DNA of 64,000 bases from Phoronis australis (GCA_002633005.1 NMRA01000356.1:262167-326166); one strand, 5' to 3'. Counted from the first letter of the stretch, positions 40,303 to 54,326 are shown. Program-made: numbers and translations. The notes: generated by a model not told the origin, from the letters alone.

Positions 40303-43044
40303 GTGAGTTTTGTGTCCCTTGGACCTTTTGTTCGTATCTAAGTTTTGAACTTGAAGTACCAAAACAGTGGTAGATTTTGATCGCCAGCTAAACTTAATTA
40401 GTTAAGTTCATTGTGAGCCCATCCCTAAACTAACACACTACACGTACACTAAACATTTCACGTGTCATTACAGTTTAATCTTTATTAGAACTCAAATCAT
40501 AAAATATATACAAAAGTGCAAATATGGTGACAACCAAACTGAAGATTTGGAATCTCTGGACAATTTCAGTGGCACTGACTATTATAACTATTCTAAGCTC
40601 TTTCCCGGTAATAAAAAATGAAAAGTGGGCACAACAACTGTTTCCTGGTCAAAAATCTGGTTAAACATTGAAAGAATATTAAAAAATGAATCCATGTGAT
40701 ATTGTTAACTCTGATCAGCGTTTGTAAATCCACCAAGTATATCAATACGCGCAGTAGTTTATCTTCAATCGTACCCAATGGTTGTACATCAAAGCATTAT
40801 TATTGTTCGGAATGATTACTAACAGGTTTATCAGTGACAGTTACATCAATCTATGCTGAATGTTTATGCTGTCAACTCGATATTGGTTAGTGAGTTAAGA
40901 TTACAAACCAAGCCCTATGACAAAGGGTACGTGACAAATATGCATTGCATTAGACTATTTGTTTACTCACTATCATGTCTTCCGGAAATCTATTACACAT
41001 TGAAATACAAAATCTATCATGTCTGTTTTCATGTGACCTTTGGTTTTTAGGTTTGAGGGCTGCACCGTACCTGAATTGAAAAAAATTGGTTTCTGCAGCT
41101 CAGCAAGATATTAATTCCCATCCAGTGCAGATCTGTTGTCAAAGCCTAATTTCTATATCGGGGACAACAAACAAAACATTTGAAAAGGAACAGCTATTTT
41201 TAAAGAAAGGTAAGTAAGTCGTTTTGTTAAATTTACTTATTCAGGTCCTTAACAAGGGATTGGCATAGGGGCTTGGGGATGTAAAATTTGGTGAAACTGA
41301 ATGTGTGGAAGTAACAAGTAATACATGTCTGGGGGAAAGAGCATGGTAAGGTAATTCTTAACCGTCTTTAAGTTCCTTCAAGTTTATTTCATAAAACTGT
41401 TTTGCTATCAATTGTAAACCCATAAAAATATATTACATTTTCTGAATTCTCAGTGACTGAAGAGTCTTAACTCGTGCCTTGAAATTGTGCAAGACGTTTA
41501 CAAGTTCAAATGACTACCATTTTTTGTGAAAATTGCATTTTTGATGGTGCCTTACGATTTGTAATTACTGTTAAACAACAGAAAGATTATCGATCATTTT
41601 TAAATGACCCAAGTCTTCATATCTTCTATTAAAAGAAAAATAAAGTCTGAGAAACTGTTCCCTCAGCCTTAGACTAGAAGTATGCTTGACAGACCTATGA
41701 ATCTGTAATCGGAGTTTAAAACTGCTGAAAGTATCAAAAATAAAAAGGCTTGAAAATGGATAAAAAAGGTTTGAAGTTGTTGCAAAAAAACTTGTATGTT
41801 TTGCAGACAAGGGATGCGTTTAAAGAATTTTTATGGCTACGAATGAAAAACAAAGACGCAGTTTTATGCAATACTTATTATAAACACCCTTGGTTTCTGA
41901 AAATAGTAATCATTTAATTTTATATGAAATTGTATAACAGTCACCCTTTCATATTTTTGAAAAACAGGGGTAGCATTTTTGACCCAACCTGGAATACTTA
42001 ATTATTCATATTTCAATATTCGTTCCAGGTTCAGTGATATTTTCAGGCCTCTTCAAGCCGCAACATAGACAAGCTTTGTTACTCCGTTCTCTTTCCACAG
42101 CACTTCCACACACCAGCAGTGATGCATGGCACAACGTAGAAGTCAGTGGCCCCGGAGAAATGTGAATCGCAGTACTAAGTTACCATAAGACAATGTTTGG
42201 ATTGTTTGTGTAAGAAGAGGAAATATATCTGACTGCGACACAAGTAAGCCTCATCGGTGAGGATGCCCTTTAATAGGTAATGAGTCGTGTGTGGACAATA
42301 GGTTATTTCCATTAATGGGACTGAAGCTAAAGAAGACCTAGTTACACTCTGGTCTAGTTCAGGGTCTGATTTTGAGCACAAAATGATTCAAGTGACATGC
42401 TGTTGTGTTTACCTTCAAGGGTCAAATTGTGGATGTTATTGAGGCTGAATGAGGTTACGTGAAAGAAAGCCACATGCCGAAACTAGTGCTTCTACAGGCC
42501 ATTGAAACTAGATCCCAGCGAAATGAAAACCAAAAGCATCTGGTATAAATACCTGTCCTTTCTCACTGAGTGACTGTTGTGTATTGGCAATGCTACTTGT
42601 GGTTTTCCTTAGAATATAGTCACGTGGTATTTATGCCCACAAGCCACGTGCTCATCCCCTTCTTGTATTAGTTCTCCAAGTGAATAGACGTATTATATTT
42701 TACTCTCATCTGTGTTGTTTTACTGGTTCTACGAACACAACAGTGACAATAACTTTTCCTTTCAGAAGAAAGGCTTTATACTAATGGTAAAATCTTTTCA
42801 ATTTCGTACACGTTATGGGTAAATGACATTCAGTGACTGCATCGATTGTCTTATTGTCAGTAGAAAGCCCGTTAATGTCACACTTTGATGATAAAATAAA
42901 TTTTTAATCAGGCAAGTTTGTTACTAATTATTGAAACCACAATGTTTCTCCAGTTTTAAAGCCCCATACATAGCAGTTGTGCTTATTCTTGATAAAGCTG
43001 AAATGATTACCGAATACGCTTGCGAATTGGCATTTTCCTGTTGA

Positions 43045-43096
43045 CCTATAGAAATGTCCTATAGAAATGTCCTATAGAAATGTCCTATAGAAATGT
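43045..43096. repeat. 13-bp tandem repeat, 4 copies
   Basis: CCTATAGAAATGT x4. Confidence 0.9.
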
Positions 43097-44885
43097 CTAG
43101 CGATCAAAATGAAGTATTCCCTTTGTTTGCATTTGATTTGTTTGTGTGTGTAATTATTTTTAGAGCTTTTTCAAGAAGGCCTTTGAACAATTTTATGGTT
43201 TGTGTTAACTTGTCTATGAACAAAAGTTTCACATGCAAGAAGAGTATGTTTTCAATTGTAGCTAGCTGGATAAGAATCTGCTATGCACAAGATTCCAGAA
43301 TAAACAATTATCAGTGTATTTAAAAACAAAATGGCAAACTGAACAAGCACATACATACATACAAAGAAACAACATTGCAATGGAGTCCATAATCGGGCAT
43401 ATCAAGTGCTGAATTTCTGAATTAAGTTCATTTCTCACGGGTTATTCCTAAAGGATTGCTTTTCATTTTGTCCAAAGATAAAATAGATGGTCAGGTGGTT
43501 GGTTTCAGTTGTTTTCTCTCACCTGTAACAGAATAGTGGGAGAAATATTAGCAAATTATAAAAGAAAACACAAGACAAACTACTTTTGTAAGGCAGAACA
43601 TACTTGACGTTTCATCTTCATGTTTATATGTAGAAACTAATAATCTTTGAACCCAAGTCTTATTTAATATCTGAATTAAAATAAGTGAAACAGGCTAGAA
43701 GTGATTTAACAATGTGTATTTTTCATGACACTTAAAATGTGCTTCTGATCTCAACAAGCAAAATTCATTCTATGACTTTGTGTAAATTTTTATTGCAATG
43801 CAATGTTACAACATTTACTGAATTAAGGCTTATTCATATTAATTCGGTAACTAATCTGGTAGCCCTGGGGGTGGTTTCCGCTATAAAATAAGGAAACTCA
43901 ATCATCTAGAGAAGTTTATTGGACACAGCATAGTTTAGAAGAGAAACTGCTGTGGAAAAGTCACCCTTGACTTCTGAGCGTCACGTACACCTCTTATATT
44001 GGGCACACTCCTACCCAGTACAATATGAATATGTGCTGCTAGCCTACCCGGCATCCGAGTCCCGGGTGAGTTTCCGAAAAGAAACACTCAGCTCCACTCA
44101 ATAAACCCGATATTCAGTGGGGTAACTGGTGGGGATAACATCACCGAACGATGTCGACAGAAACTGATTGCTAAAAACTTACCAAGTAATTGGAAATGCA
44201 TAGAGTACACAAGGGGCTTCAGCATCCACACACTTTTTGTCAGTTGGTTAACCCTTTTGACCGCAATTCTCCATGAATATAGTAACCTTAGGTCTTTTGG
44301 GAATTTGTGGCCACCTGTCGAAGACTTGCACCAGGGAAAATTGCTGTAATAAGGCCATCCCGACGATGTATTTTGATAACAATTCCATTTTTTACCAGTT
44401 GTTTACATGCAGACAGCGATACATGCGCAATTCAATCACCACTAGCACAGCAGCGACACCACGAGGAGAATTCTCCGAATAGCCCCATTACATTTAATTG
44501 GGTCTAATGACTAATGTTCGCATCGGGCAATGCGGTCATCACAATTGTACCTGATTCTGGTGCCACACTTTCTTTGATCCTGGAAAAAGCCGCTCGGATG
44601 GAAGAGCGGTGAAAATTCTCGCATATCTGTAGAAATGCATGACGTCCTTGTAAGCGTATTTACACGGCATGTCCAGGGCGATGTAATTGCCTACTAAAAC
44701 TAAGTAGATTCAGATTTTAACAGGACTGTTAAAATCTGAATCTACTTCTGCAAATAAGGTGAAGAAGTTTACTTGGTCTACAAGGTGGGGCCATGTAACC
44801 AGACTAAGTTAACCCAGTGTGGTGGCTTTCTTGGTTTATGACAACCAAATTGTTTTGTCAATTTTATCTGCTGGAAAATACTTAC

Positions 44886-45082
44886 TGTTTTTGACTATAG
44901 CAACAAGTCTCAGCTGTTTGCGTGACCCTCCATCTTTGTTTCTAAACGGGAATTATGGGAAAACGAGATAGACCAATCAGATGTCGTTATTTTCAAAATA
45001 CGGAAGTAGGGGCAAAAATGAATTTATCAGTTTGTGCTTTGTGAACAGCATTTATCGAATATTTGCGTGTCCTTGTGAGCCA
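44886..45082. promoter_or_regulatory. Probable CDKN3 promoter region
   Basis: CCAAT at ~44973 and ETS-like CGGAAGT at 45001, upstream of the first coding exon. Partial RFX-like CTATAGCAAC near 44895. Confidence 0.4.
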
Positions 45083-48000
45083 ATGGTTGCTTTATCTGTG
45101 GTACGTTTTGGTTGTATGGAAATTTTAGATGCAAAGTTACACCCTGCGCTTTTTAGATTTGTCCTAAGTGATCTAAGCGTTACTAAAAGCTCAATCTTTC
45201 TGATATTGCCAATCCCTCTTAGTCAGTGAGTTACTAGTCACTGTCTGGCTCCAAGTCCAAGTCCAAGATCAAGTCTGACTCTGTCAAAGACATGTCCGAG
45301 CTTCCTCTACACTTGTTCTGTTGAGTGGTTATTGGTCTGATGTAGTTATCACTGTGTGTGTGTGATTGAGTCCTTGTTTATAAGATGTTTTCGTTGTGAT
45401 CACCCCTTGCCTAATGGGACAATTGTTCTCTTATATTTTCTCGTTATGCGATTTGAATATGAAGCCTGTAAAATTTGTTTTTTTTCTCACTGCCATGAGC
45501 CTGGGTAATCATTTTGTGAACATCAGTAATCAACTGATGCCTTACGCGAGGTCTGCCTGCCGCCAATTAGAGCATGTATCAGTCAGTAATTGTTTATAAT
45601 AATGATGACATATTTGACCTTCACACATGATTTTGGGGTATTGTTCGATTCCGCTTATCATTCTCATTCCAAAAATGTGTGAATGGTCCCCTACCGCGTA
45701 TCCGCACTATTTTATTGTCAAATTTCTATTCACACTATTTCTCGGTTGACACCGCCATATTCGATCACTCAATTATTTACACTGTAAATTTTACAGGGAC
45801 ACGTGTTGCTAATGAATGAAACAGCATCATTGATTCTGAATGGTGTTTACCTGCGACTTTCCCCTTAAAGTTTTCCCGAGAGCATGGAGCAACTAGGGAT
45901 AGCGTTTCGCCCTTTTCATAATTTTTCTGTCCCACATATTTACATGTGGACGCATTGTGCTGTCATCCCCATCTATCCGACGTCCGCTGCTCTATCTTCA
46001 AAACCCTTTGACTTATGTTCATGAAAATTTGTACATGTTTTCCTTTCATAAATGGGACGTCATGAGTGAACTTTTGGACGGATCCAACTACAGGTGTTTC
46101 CCTTAGTGACAATTTTAGTTTTTTACATTTACCTCTGTATTTTCAAAGGTCCTCAACGGATTTTCATAAAATTATGTCATAATATATAGGCGTCTATTAG
46201 TGGGATGACACTATCCTCATGTTTTCGGATGGATTCAAGGTATTTTGCGCCACCTAGTGGCCATTTTTACTGTTTTCAAGTCCGTTTTTTAGCGTCCGCC
46301 TTTCTATCAACCAAACCGCTCTAAAGGATGATTGTGAAAATTGGGATGTATGTTCTTACTATGAAGAGGACAGCTGACAATGATTTTCCGACGACTTCAA
46401 GTATTGTGGCACCGCCTAGTGACAGTTTTTTATGCATCCATGGCTGTATCTCTTAAACACTCTGCAGGATCTTTACTAAATTTAGCAAGTATATTTATAT
46501 GGAGCTGACAACAAAGGATGACGACGTTCGAATGGATCTGACTACTGGTGTGCCCCTGAGTGGCAATTTTAGTTTTTTACAATTACCTCTGTATCTTCAA
46601 AGGTCCTCAACAGATTTTCATAAAATATGGATTATAAGCGTCTATTGGTGAGATGGTACTATCCTCCCATTTTCGCATGGTTTTGAGGTATTTTGTGCCA
46701 CCTAGTACCACTAGGCTAGTGGTCATTTTTCCTGTTTCTCTAGTCTATTTTTTGGCATCTACCCCTCTACAAACCAAACCATTCTAAGGATGATTATGAA
46801 AATCGGCATATATGTCCTCAGTGTAAAGAGAACGGTTGACGATGACAACTTCGACTACTGTGGTGCCCCCTAGTGGCAGTTTTGTTTTGTTTTGCCCCAT
46901 AGCTGTATCTCTTTAACCCGCTCCAGGATCGTTATTAAATTTAGTTAGTGTATTTATATGACGTTAACAACGGACGACAACGACTTTCAGACAAATCTGA
47001 TGAATGCTGTGCCCCCTTGTGGCAATTTCATTTTTTCTGTTTTCCTTTGTTTTTCTAAAGTTCCTTTACAGATTTTCATGAAATTTGGTAAATAGCTTTC
47101 TATTAATGCATTGATGGCTCTTTCCCATTCTTTAATGGATTCGACATATTTTTGCCATCTAGTGACCATTTTTATGATACAATTGAATTAATCACCCCTA
47201 GAAGCACACTGTTTGCGGTGCATTTGTGGGTTTATTTCAATGCTCTGCTCTTGTTTAGAATTATGATCATTTGACCCATTTTCCACAAAATTTTCTGAAG
47301 GGATACCTTTTTCACAAATTTAGATCTCAAAAACAACCTTTTTTGCAGATTCTTGTTAGCGAATGAGTACCAGGGTCATCATAGGAATTGAAACGATTGG
47401 GACTGTAGCTCGGGCCTGGGATCGACGGGTCTCAGTCAGTTTGAACTTATGAAGCGTGACACTCTGCTCTGGGTGTCGGTAGATTAGTTCAGTTTTTGGC
47501 TGCCAGATGACTCCTTCTATTTAACTTGGCGGTTTCAATACTGGGAAATATTGTGACCAGAAATTTGATGATAAAATACTAAGGGAACGAGACATTTTCA
47601 TATATTTTTGGAATGATAATGATGCGAGGAATCAAACAAAGTCAAAAGCATGTGTGTAGGTCAATATTGTCATATTGTAAACAATTACCCATCTATCTAT
47701 TAAGGCCACCAAAAACAAAACTTGTCTCAAAGGCAAGAAGATGTATTAAGGATAAGCCACCTAGCCAGACTTGAATGTGGGATGTCTACAGTTTCACAAT
47801 CTTATGGCTACTGCACCCTTGCTGATATTTGAGGCTTTCTGTTTTCACACAGTATTTATTTGCGTTTTGATGCTAAAAATTACACTTCTTATGAGCAGAA
47901 ATGTTTGGCTCAAATTGTTGGACTGTGCTGCACCTAGTCCAAGAAGGCGTCTTTCTATCTAGCAGACCAACAGTTAATGATATTGATATCGACAAGGCCT

Positions 48001-51000
48001 GGTATTGTTTGCAACAATGTCGATTGCTGCAGCACATTAGTTGGTTGACTACAAAAGTTGCCAAGTGTGCTTCATGCATTTGGCATGTAACCTGTTATTT
48101 AGAACAAAATAAACTTGGTTAATTACCAAGTCATGTTTCATTTGACTATTAAAGGTAAGACATGGACTACTGCAACTTTTGAGTGTGAGACAGGTTGAAG
48201 TGAGATGATAATCATACTCTTAACTTATTTCTTATGGACACCCTGATGTGACATTTGTCAAAATTTGAATATTCTGTTTTTGAAAAACTTGAACTCGCCC
48301 TTTTTGATGGTGTCATATTTCACTTTCAGAAATTGGCCCAGCAAGAAATGTCTGGCTTTGACTCATCGTCTGATGAAGAGAATGAGGCTTATGACACATC
48401 ACCATTCCAAGTGGATTGGTATAAAATAAATGATTGTAGTTAAAACTATTTGTGGTAATAAATATCTCACCAATTTATCACACAACATTGTGGATAAGTG
48501 AAATTATGATATCTAATTTTTTTTAAAAAACATCTGTAGCACCAAGTTTTGAATATTTTTTCATTTTCAACTTGTTTACCATAGCTACCACCTGACAATA
48601 TTTTGGAAAAGTGTTGACATTGCCAACCTTTGAAATGTTTGATGAGATTTCACCTTATTCCATTTAGTTAACTTTTTGTAAAGCGATCCTGAAATTAGGT
48701 TGTCGTCAATGAATTAAATGCATGTATGTGGAGATTGCTTGTCTGGTTTCATTTCCTAAAGCAGTGAGTTGTAAGGAATAATTTAGGCTAAAAAGCAATT
48801 GCTTCTGATCTCTCTTTTTAAGTGAAATCTGTGATGTGTTTTTAATTGCTCATTTTTTAAAAAAGAAAATACACCTGAGGCAAGCAAAAATGATGCAATA
48901 TTTACAATATATGTTTCAATATACATATATATCACATGTACAACTACAAGGTTACCATTAGTAGTAGCAGTAGCAGTAACACACTTTATTCATGTTAAGA
49001 CAAAAAATACAATTACCCTAATACAAATTAAAACTTATGGAGACTGCTTGAAGGATACAATTGGTCCACTGACCACGGAGCCACCAAATATAGATAGGGA
49101 TGCAAATTTTGATATAAATGCATGATACAATGTTTTGTCTATAATGAACAAGAATGATTTTATGTTAAATACAATATCAATTCAGAAGTGGTAAACTGTG
49201 CTGTTTTAACTGGCTCTCTACTCTGTTGATAGGTTAGATCTATCATGTACAGGCTGTGCTGGTGAACTGGGCATCAGCGCCCTCCCTGGATGTCGCTTCA
49301 GGGACACGTGGAGAAACTTGGATACAGACATCGGTATGAACTGACTTTCTTAGAGTATAGCTTCTCAAAACCGTAACCAGATATGGCCAAAATGAAGTGT
49401 GGCATGTGACAGTAAAATGACAATATTTTGGATGTACTTTGGAGCTGTTACTCCTAAAAGTTACAGTTTGAGAAGTAATGGGATTTCTCAGTCACTACTT
49501 ACACCTGTGATGATGGCATAAACCATAGAGTCTCTTCAAATATTAGTAAAGATATATGTGACTCAACAGCATTTTTCATAAACCATAGAGTCTCTTCAAA
49601 TATTAGTAACGATATATGTGACTCAACAGCATTTTTCATAAACCATAGAGTCTCTTCAAATATTAGTAACTATATATGGGACTCAACAGCATTTTTCATA
49701 AACCATAGAGTCTTCAAATATTAGTAACGATATATGTGACTCAACAGCATTTTTCATAAACCATAGAGTCTCTTCAAATATTAGTAAAGATACATGTGAC
49801 TCAACAGCATTTTTCATAAATGATAGAGTCTCTTCAAATATTAGTAACTATATATGTGACTCAACAGCATTTTTCATAAACCATAGAGTCTTCAAATATT
49901 AGTAAAGATATATGTGACTCAACAGCATTTTTCATAAACCATAGAGTCTCTTCAAATATTAGTAAAGATATATGTGATTCAACAGCATTTTTTATAACCA
50001 TAGAGTCTCTTCAAATATTAGTAACTATATATGTGACTCAACAGCATTTTTCATAAACCATAGAGTCTCTTCAAATATTAGTAAAGATATATGTGACTCA
50101 ACAGCATTTTTCATAAACCATAGAGTCTCTTCAAATATTTGTAAAGATATATGTGACTCAACAGCGTTTTTCATAACCAGAATATGTTAAAAAACAGTAT
50201 TTCTGTTTGCTTTTGATCTTGTCTACACTCTATCCTGTCTATTGCATTGGAACTGCATGAGTAAGTTACAATAGAAGCCAGGTGTACATCACCTGAGCTT
50301 ACCATTGATTACCTGCACCTCATGTATTTTTATCTCAGTTGAGTTGTAATGATAATGGGAAGCCGCTCCTCATGTTGTCTATTATGTCCTAAGTGAGAAT
50401 AGTGTTGTATTTTTAATTATTGAGATGTGGGAAATAACTTAAGTCTATCTTAGTGCTAATTTTTTTCATTGTGTTTGTGGTAAAATGTATTTTTAATCAA
50501 TTTTCAAACTTGATAATTCAAACCAAATTTTTGTTGAGCCTAATTATGGATTCAAGAAAAAATTTTATCATTTGCAGCAAGTTTGAAGTCGTACAATATC
50601 AAGGAAGTGTTTGTTTTGTGTACACGAGGCGAGCTTGGAAAATACCGTGTCCCTTGGTTGCTACACGAGCTGACTGGAGTTGACTTCAATGTGCACCACT
50701 ACCCGTTCCCTGATGGTACAACGCCACCTATGAACAAGTTAGTGAAGATGCTGGATGAGATGAAAAGTGCACTGTTGGACGGACATAAAGTACTAGTACA
50801 GTATGTACTTGAAGAATAGCTTAGAAAAATGTGTATGCGGGTCAATTGACCATGGGACAATTTAGAACCTAAATTTGTATGCGGGTCAATTGGCCATGGG
50901 ACAATTTAGAACCTAAATGTGTATGCGGGTCAATTGGCCGTGGGACAATTTAGAACCTAAATGTGTATGCTTGTCAATTGCCCATGGGACAATTTAGAAC

Positions 51001-53023
51001 CTAAATGTATATGCGGGTCAATTGCCCATGGGACAATTTAGAACCTAAATGTATTGGTCTGCAAAAATGTTAGTGTTTAAATCCTGTATGCAGTGTGGGT
51101 TTTCCTTGTAATTTTTTGTTTTTGTTTTTGTTTTGCTTGTACTTAAACCCTCTCTCAATTGACTTGTCCATTTTTCATAATGTCTTGTCATGTCTGGTGT
51201 CTGCCAATGTGTCGCTGTTGTGAATGCAGCAGTGATAAGTGGGCCAAGTATTTGGGCATGTTGTGTAACTTTTCTGCTGACTAAGTCGCTCGTCTGAAAT
51301 GGACTGGTTTGCCCTCAAACTTGTGCCCTGGCATCCAAACAGCTCTAGATCTGCACAGGTATTGCAAAATGTAGGAGTGGGTTATGTAACAATTCGCTTT
51401 TATGGAAATTACCTGTACATGTTACATCAGTTTCAGAAAGTGATGTCTTTCTGAAATTAGGTTTTTACACCAAAATTAGTATAACCCCCCCAAAAAAAAT
51501 GCATGGTAGCAGTAGATATGCAAATGTTTCGTCTCTCTTTGAGCAATCCTTTAATGTCTGCATTGCTATTAAAACCTTTTATTTGGTGTTTGCAGCTGTT
51601 ATGGCGGCCTTGGACGATCTGGTCTAGGTAAGTTTTCTGCCCTTTGAGCTTTATTGCCATTGATTTGTAACCATGATCTATCGCTTTTTAGTTTAAAATG
51701 TTTAATGCATTCTTGGTAAAGTGAACTGTAAACATGCCTTTAGTTGTTATCAAAATAATGAATGTCATCAATATGGAGTACCTTGCAGCTCGCTTCATTA
51801 TTTCAGTTGCCTCATGCCTACTAATGTACATGACAAGCTTCATGGATGCTGAAACAGCAATTCATAAAATACGTCAATTAAGGGGCCCAGGGGCAATACA
51901 GTCAGTAAAGGTGAGTGTTGCATTATGGGTAATAGAAACACTGCTGGGGGTGAAAATGTACACAAGGCTTTCATCTCATTATCTTGTGAATGAATTAAAC
52001 TGGAATGCATTGAATGAGACTCAAAGTTTGATTAGATCACACTAATGTAATATAAGTTTTAGTTTGCTGTCTTGCTGGGTAACTCTAGCTGACTGGAGCT
52101 CGTGCTTTTGGACATTTAATTACAATCAGCCATATTAGAAGCAAGTCTCTTAATTTGTATTGATATGTTATCTTCAAGCATCACTAATGCACAACATTCT
52201 GCACTACATTAAAGGTGTATTTGCATGCTCCTAGCTATACTAATGGATAGCGGGAACTAAACGACAATGCTATTTGAAAATCATCTACACTAAACAAAGT
52301 ACAGTTGTATTCATTGACAACTTGTGAATATGAAAACAAAAAAATCTGCAAATAGGCGACCTTTGCACTAATGGCATGCCTTGTGGGCTCACAAAGTCTA
52401 CTGGACACCATTCAGTGATTTGTGGCAGATCACTTTCGCAGGTTCCACTTTGATGTTATTGACAAGAATGAACATTTAGCCAAATATGTACAACACTGTA
52501 CAATTTGACGCAACAAATGTTCACATTTTCTCAGTGTAGAATTTCTGTAAACTTTGATTTTTGAGTTTATACCAATCTGCCATTTATTAGGTCACGTAAC
52601 CATGTTTTTTAGTAAAATTTAGCATTAAAAGAAGAAAGACACATTTGTAGGAAAAGCAGCAAGATCAGTAACATGAGCAAATTTTGTACAATTTAAATGT
52701 TCAAAAAAATTTTAGTATCATAATAGTCCTATTTTTGATAGTCCCTCTTTCAAAAGTGAAACATTTAAAAACCAATTCCTACAAGGTTTTGTAGAACCGT
52801 GGAAAAAGCATAGTTCCTTAAAGTTTCATTCTGGTCAGCCATTTCTGATATATGTTCCGAAGTTGGCTAAAATTGAGCATTTTTTTAGGGTCCTACATAA
52901 CCTAAATAGGTCAAATCTTGTCTCTTCCTGTTGCAGCAATACAACTTTGTCCAGGATTTCCATGATGCGCTGGCCAAGTATGAGCAGTCCTCGCCCTCTG
53001 CCTCCAGATCAGTGTCTCGGTGA
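45083..53023 (+). CDS. CDKN3: Cyclin-dependent kinase inhibitor 3 / KAP dual-specificity phosphatase, 7 coding exons, ~217 aa
   Basis: Exons: 45083-45100 (MVALSV, least certain; alternative start MSGF at 48348), 48330-48418, 49233-49333, 50578-50800, 51596-51627, 51807-51910, 52937-53023 (TGA). KAP-like motifs FDSSSDEE, ALPGCRFRD, VFVLCTRGELGKYRVP, HHYPFPDG, catalytic CX5R loop HCYGGLGRS, and LRGPGAIQSVKQYNFV. Confidence 0.95.
45925..47255 (-). mobile_element. HINE-like element, copy 4, in CDKN3 intron 1
   Basis: Reverse complement of the family: ends GCTCTTGTT at 47255; hairpin CCCACATATTTACATGTGGA near 45931; internal GCGCCACCTAGTGG / GTGCCCCCTAGTGGC motifs. Confidence 0.78.
49518..50178. 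repeat. ~60-bp minisatellite, ~11 copies, in a CDKN3 intron
   Basis: CATAAACCATAGAGTCTCTTCAAATATTAGTAAAGATATATGTGACTCAACAGCATTTTT units. Confidence 0.95.
50828..51053. repeat. 44-bp minisatellite, 5 copies
   Basis: AAATGTGTATGCGGGTCAATTGCCCATGGGACAATTTAGAACCT-like units. Confidence 0.95.
52588..52903. mobile_element. Short dispersed repeat (MITE-like) in the last CDKN3 intron
   Basis: Reverse-orientation relative of 24929-25307. Confidence 0.5.
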
Positions 53024-54209
53024 CGCAAGTGAAGTTTCATAGTTACTAGAACATCGAACATAGCACCGAACTGGTCTTTTTGTAAGAATCAAGTGAATAG
53101 AAATCATGGCCATTTTTATGCCAAATGCGGTTCATTAAAACAAAAATAATCGATTTCAAGTCCTTTCATATGCTATCTGCTAGTGCTTGGACCATGAATT
53201 GTAAGAATTGATGAAAGGTTTGCAAGCTCCAGTTGACTGGGCCTGCTTTGCTGTTGATGCACGAAATTGTCAAAAAAGCTGGATCACTTAATACTCAGCA
53301 AGATATGATTTACTTTTTTTACTGTATTACCCGATATATGTATGCATTACAAGCAAAGCACATCTAACTACACTTACAAAGTACTTGCATATACGGAATG
53401 TTGCCCAGCTGTATAAACGTGTACTAGACATGATTTTGAAGAACTTGAAGTGAACTTAAGTCCCGTTCATGGGGAGATGAAACACAAAATATGAGTTCTA
53501 GAATTACCATCTCATCCGATGAGACAAACTGCTAATGAGAGATCTTATTTGTCATCGACATATTTAAAAAGCGAGAAGATTGATGTTATGGCATCTTCAT
53601 CTTGGGAATGTTTTGGCAAGTATGCTATGGTCATGCCAATAATCCAATATAACATGCTCTCGTTTTGAGAACCAGTTTTCTCCTCTGAATAACGGACATC
53701 AACTGGCTCTCAAAATGCAGGCACATCACATCGGACTATTACCAAGACCGTTTGGTAAGGTATTGCATTACTTGCCTGTCCATGTACACCGTAAGCTCTA
53801 TAAGTTTTAAGCTGACATTGACTTTACAAGACTGATCTGTTGAGCCAAAAGGTTTACAGCTCACACTCAACCAAAGAGAGGACGATGTTATTTGGACTTT
53901 TATTACCTCTCTTGTCTGCACAAGAAAGAAGTTGTAATGTTTTCCTTGTAATGGTTTTGGAGGACAATGAGTCACTTGTTTCACCAAATGCAGAGTTTGA
54001 CGAGTTACAAAAAGAATAAATGCTCAAGGTATCAAACTTGGTCATCTTTAGACTGGATCGTTTAAATGTTCTAAATCACGCACATGCAGGTTCATTTGTA
54101 TTTCAGATTACTAGTAGGTCTTGTGCACATGTGATAATGACATTGTAAACTATTTGTTGAAAAACATCAATAACCTGTATTATTTATTTTTTTTTGTATT
54201 ACTAAACTC

Positions 54210-54215
54210 AATAAA
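54210..54215 (+). terminator. Candidate polyadenylation signal of CDKN3
   Basis: AATAAA preceded by a U-rich tract; another AATAAA lies near 54015. Confidence 0.45.
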
Positions 54216-54320
54216 GAGCATACCTTTACCCTTTCCTAGTGTTCACGTCATGCAAATGTAACTGGAGCCTCACAACGCTAACAAGTTAAAATTGGCAAAC
54301 TGAAACTGGAATAAATCAAG

Positions 54321-54326
54321 TTTATT
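54321..54326 (-). terminator. Candidate polyadenylation signal of the methyltransferase gene
   Basis: TTTATT on plus (AATAAA on minus), ~1.1 kb past the stop and convergent with the CDKN3 3' end. Confidence 0.4.

Noticed and set aside
49518-50178. Regular ~60-bp array superficially like CRISPR
   Set aside because: No unique spacers, no cas genes, and it lies in a eukaryotic intron.
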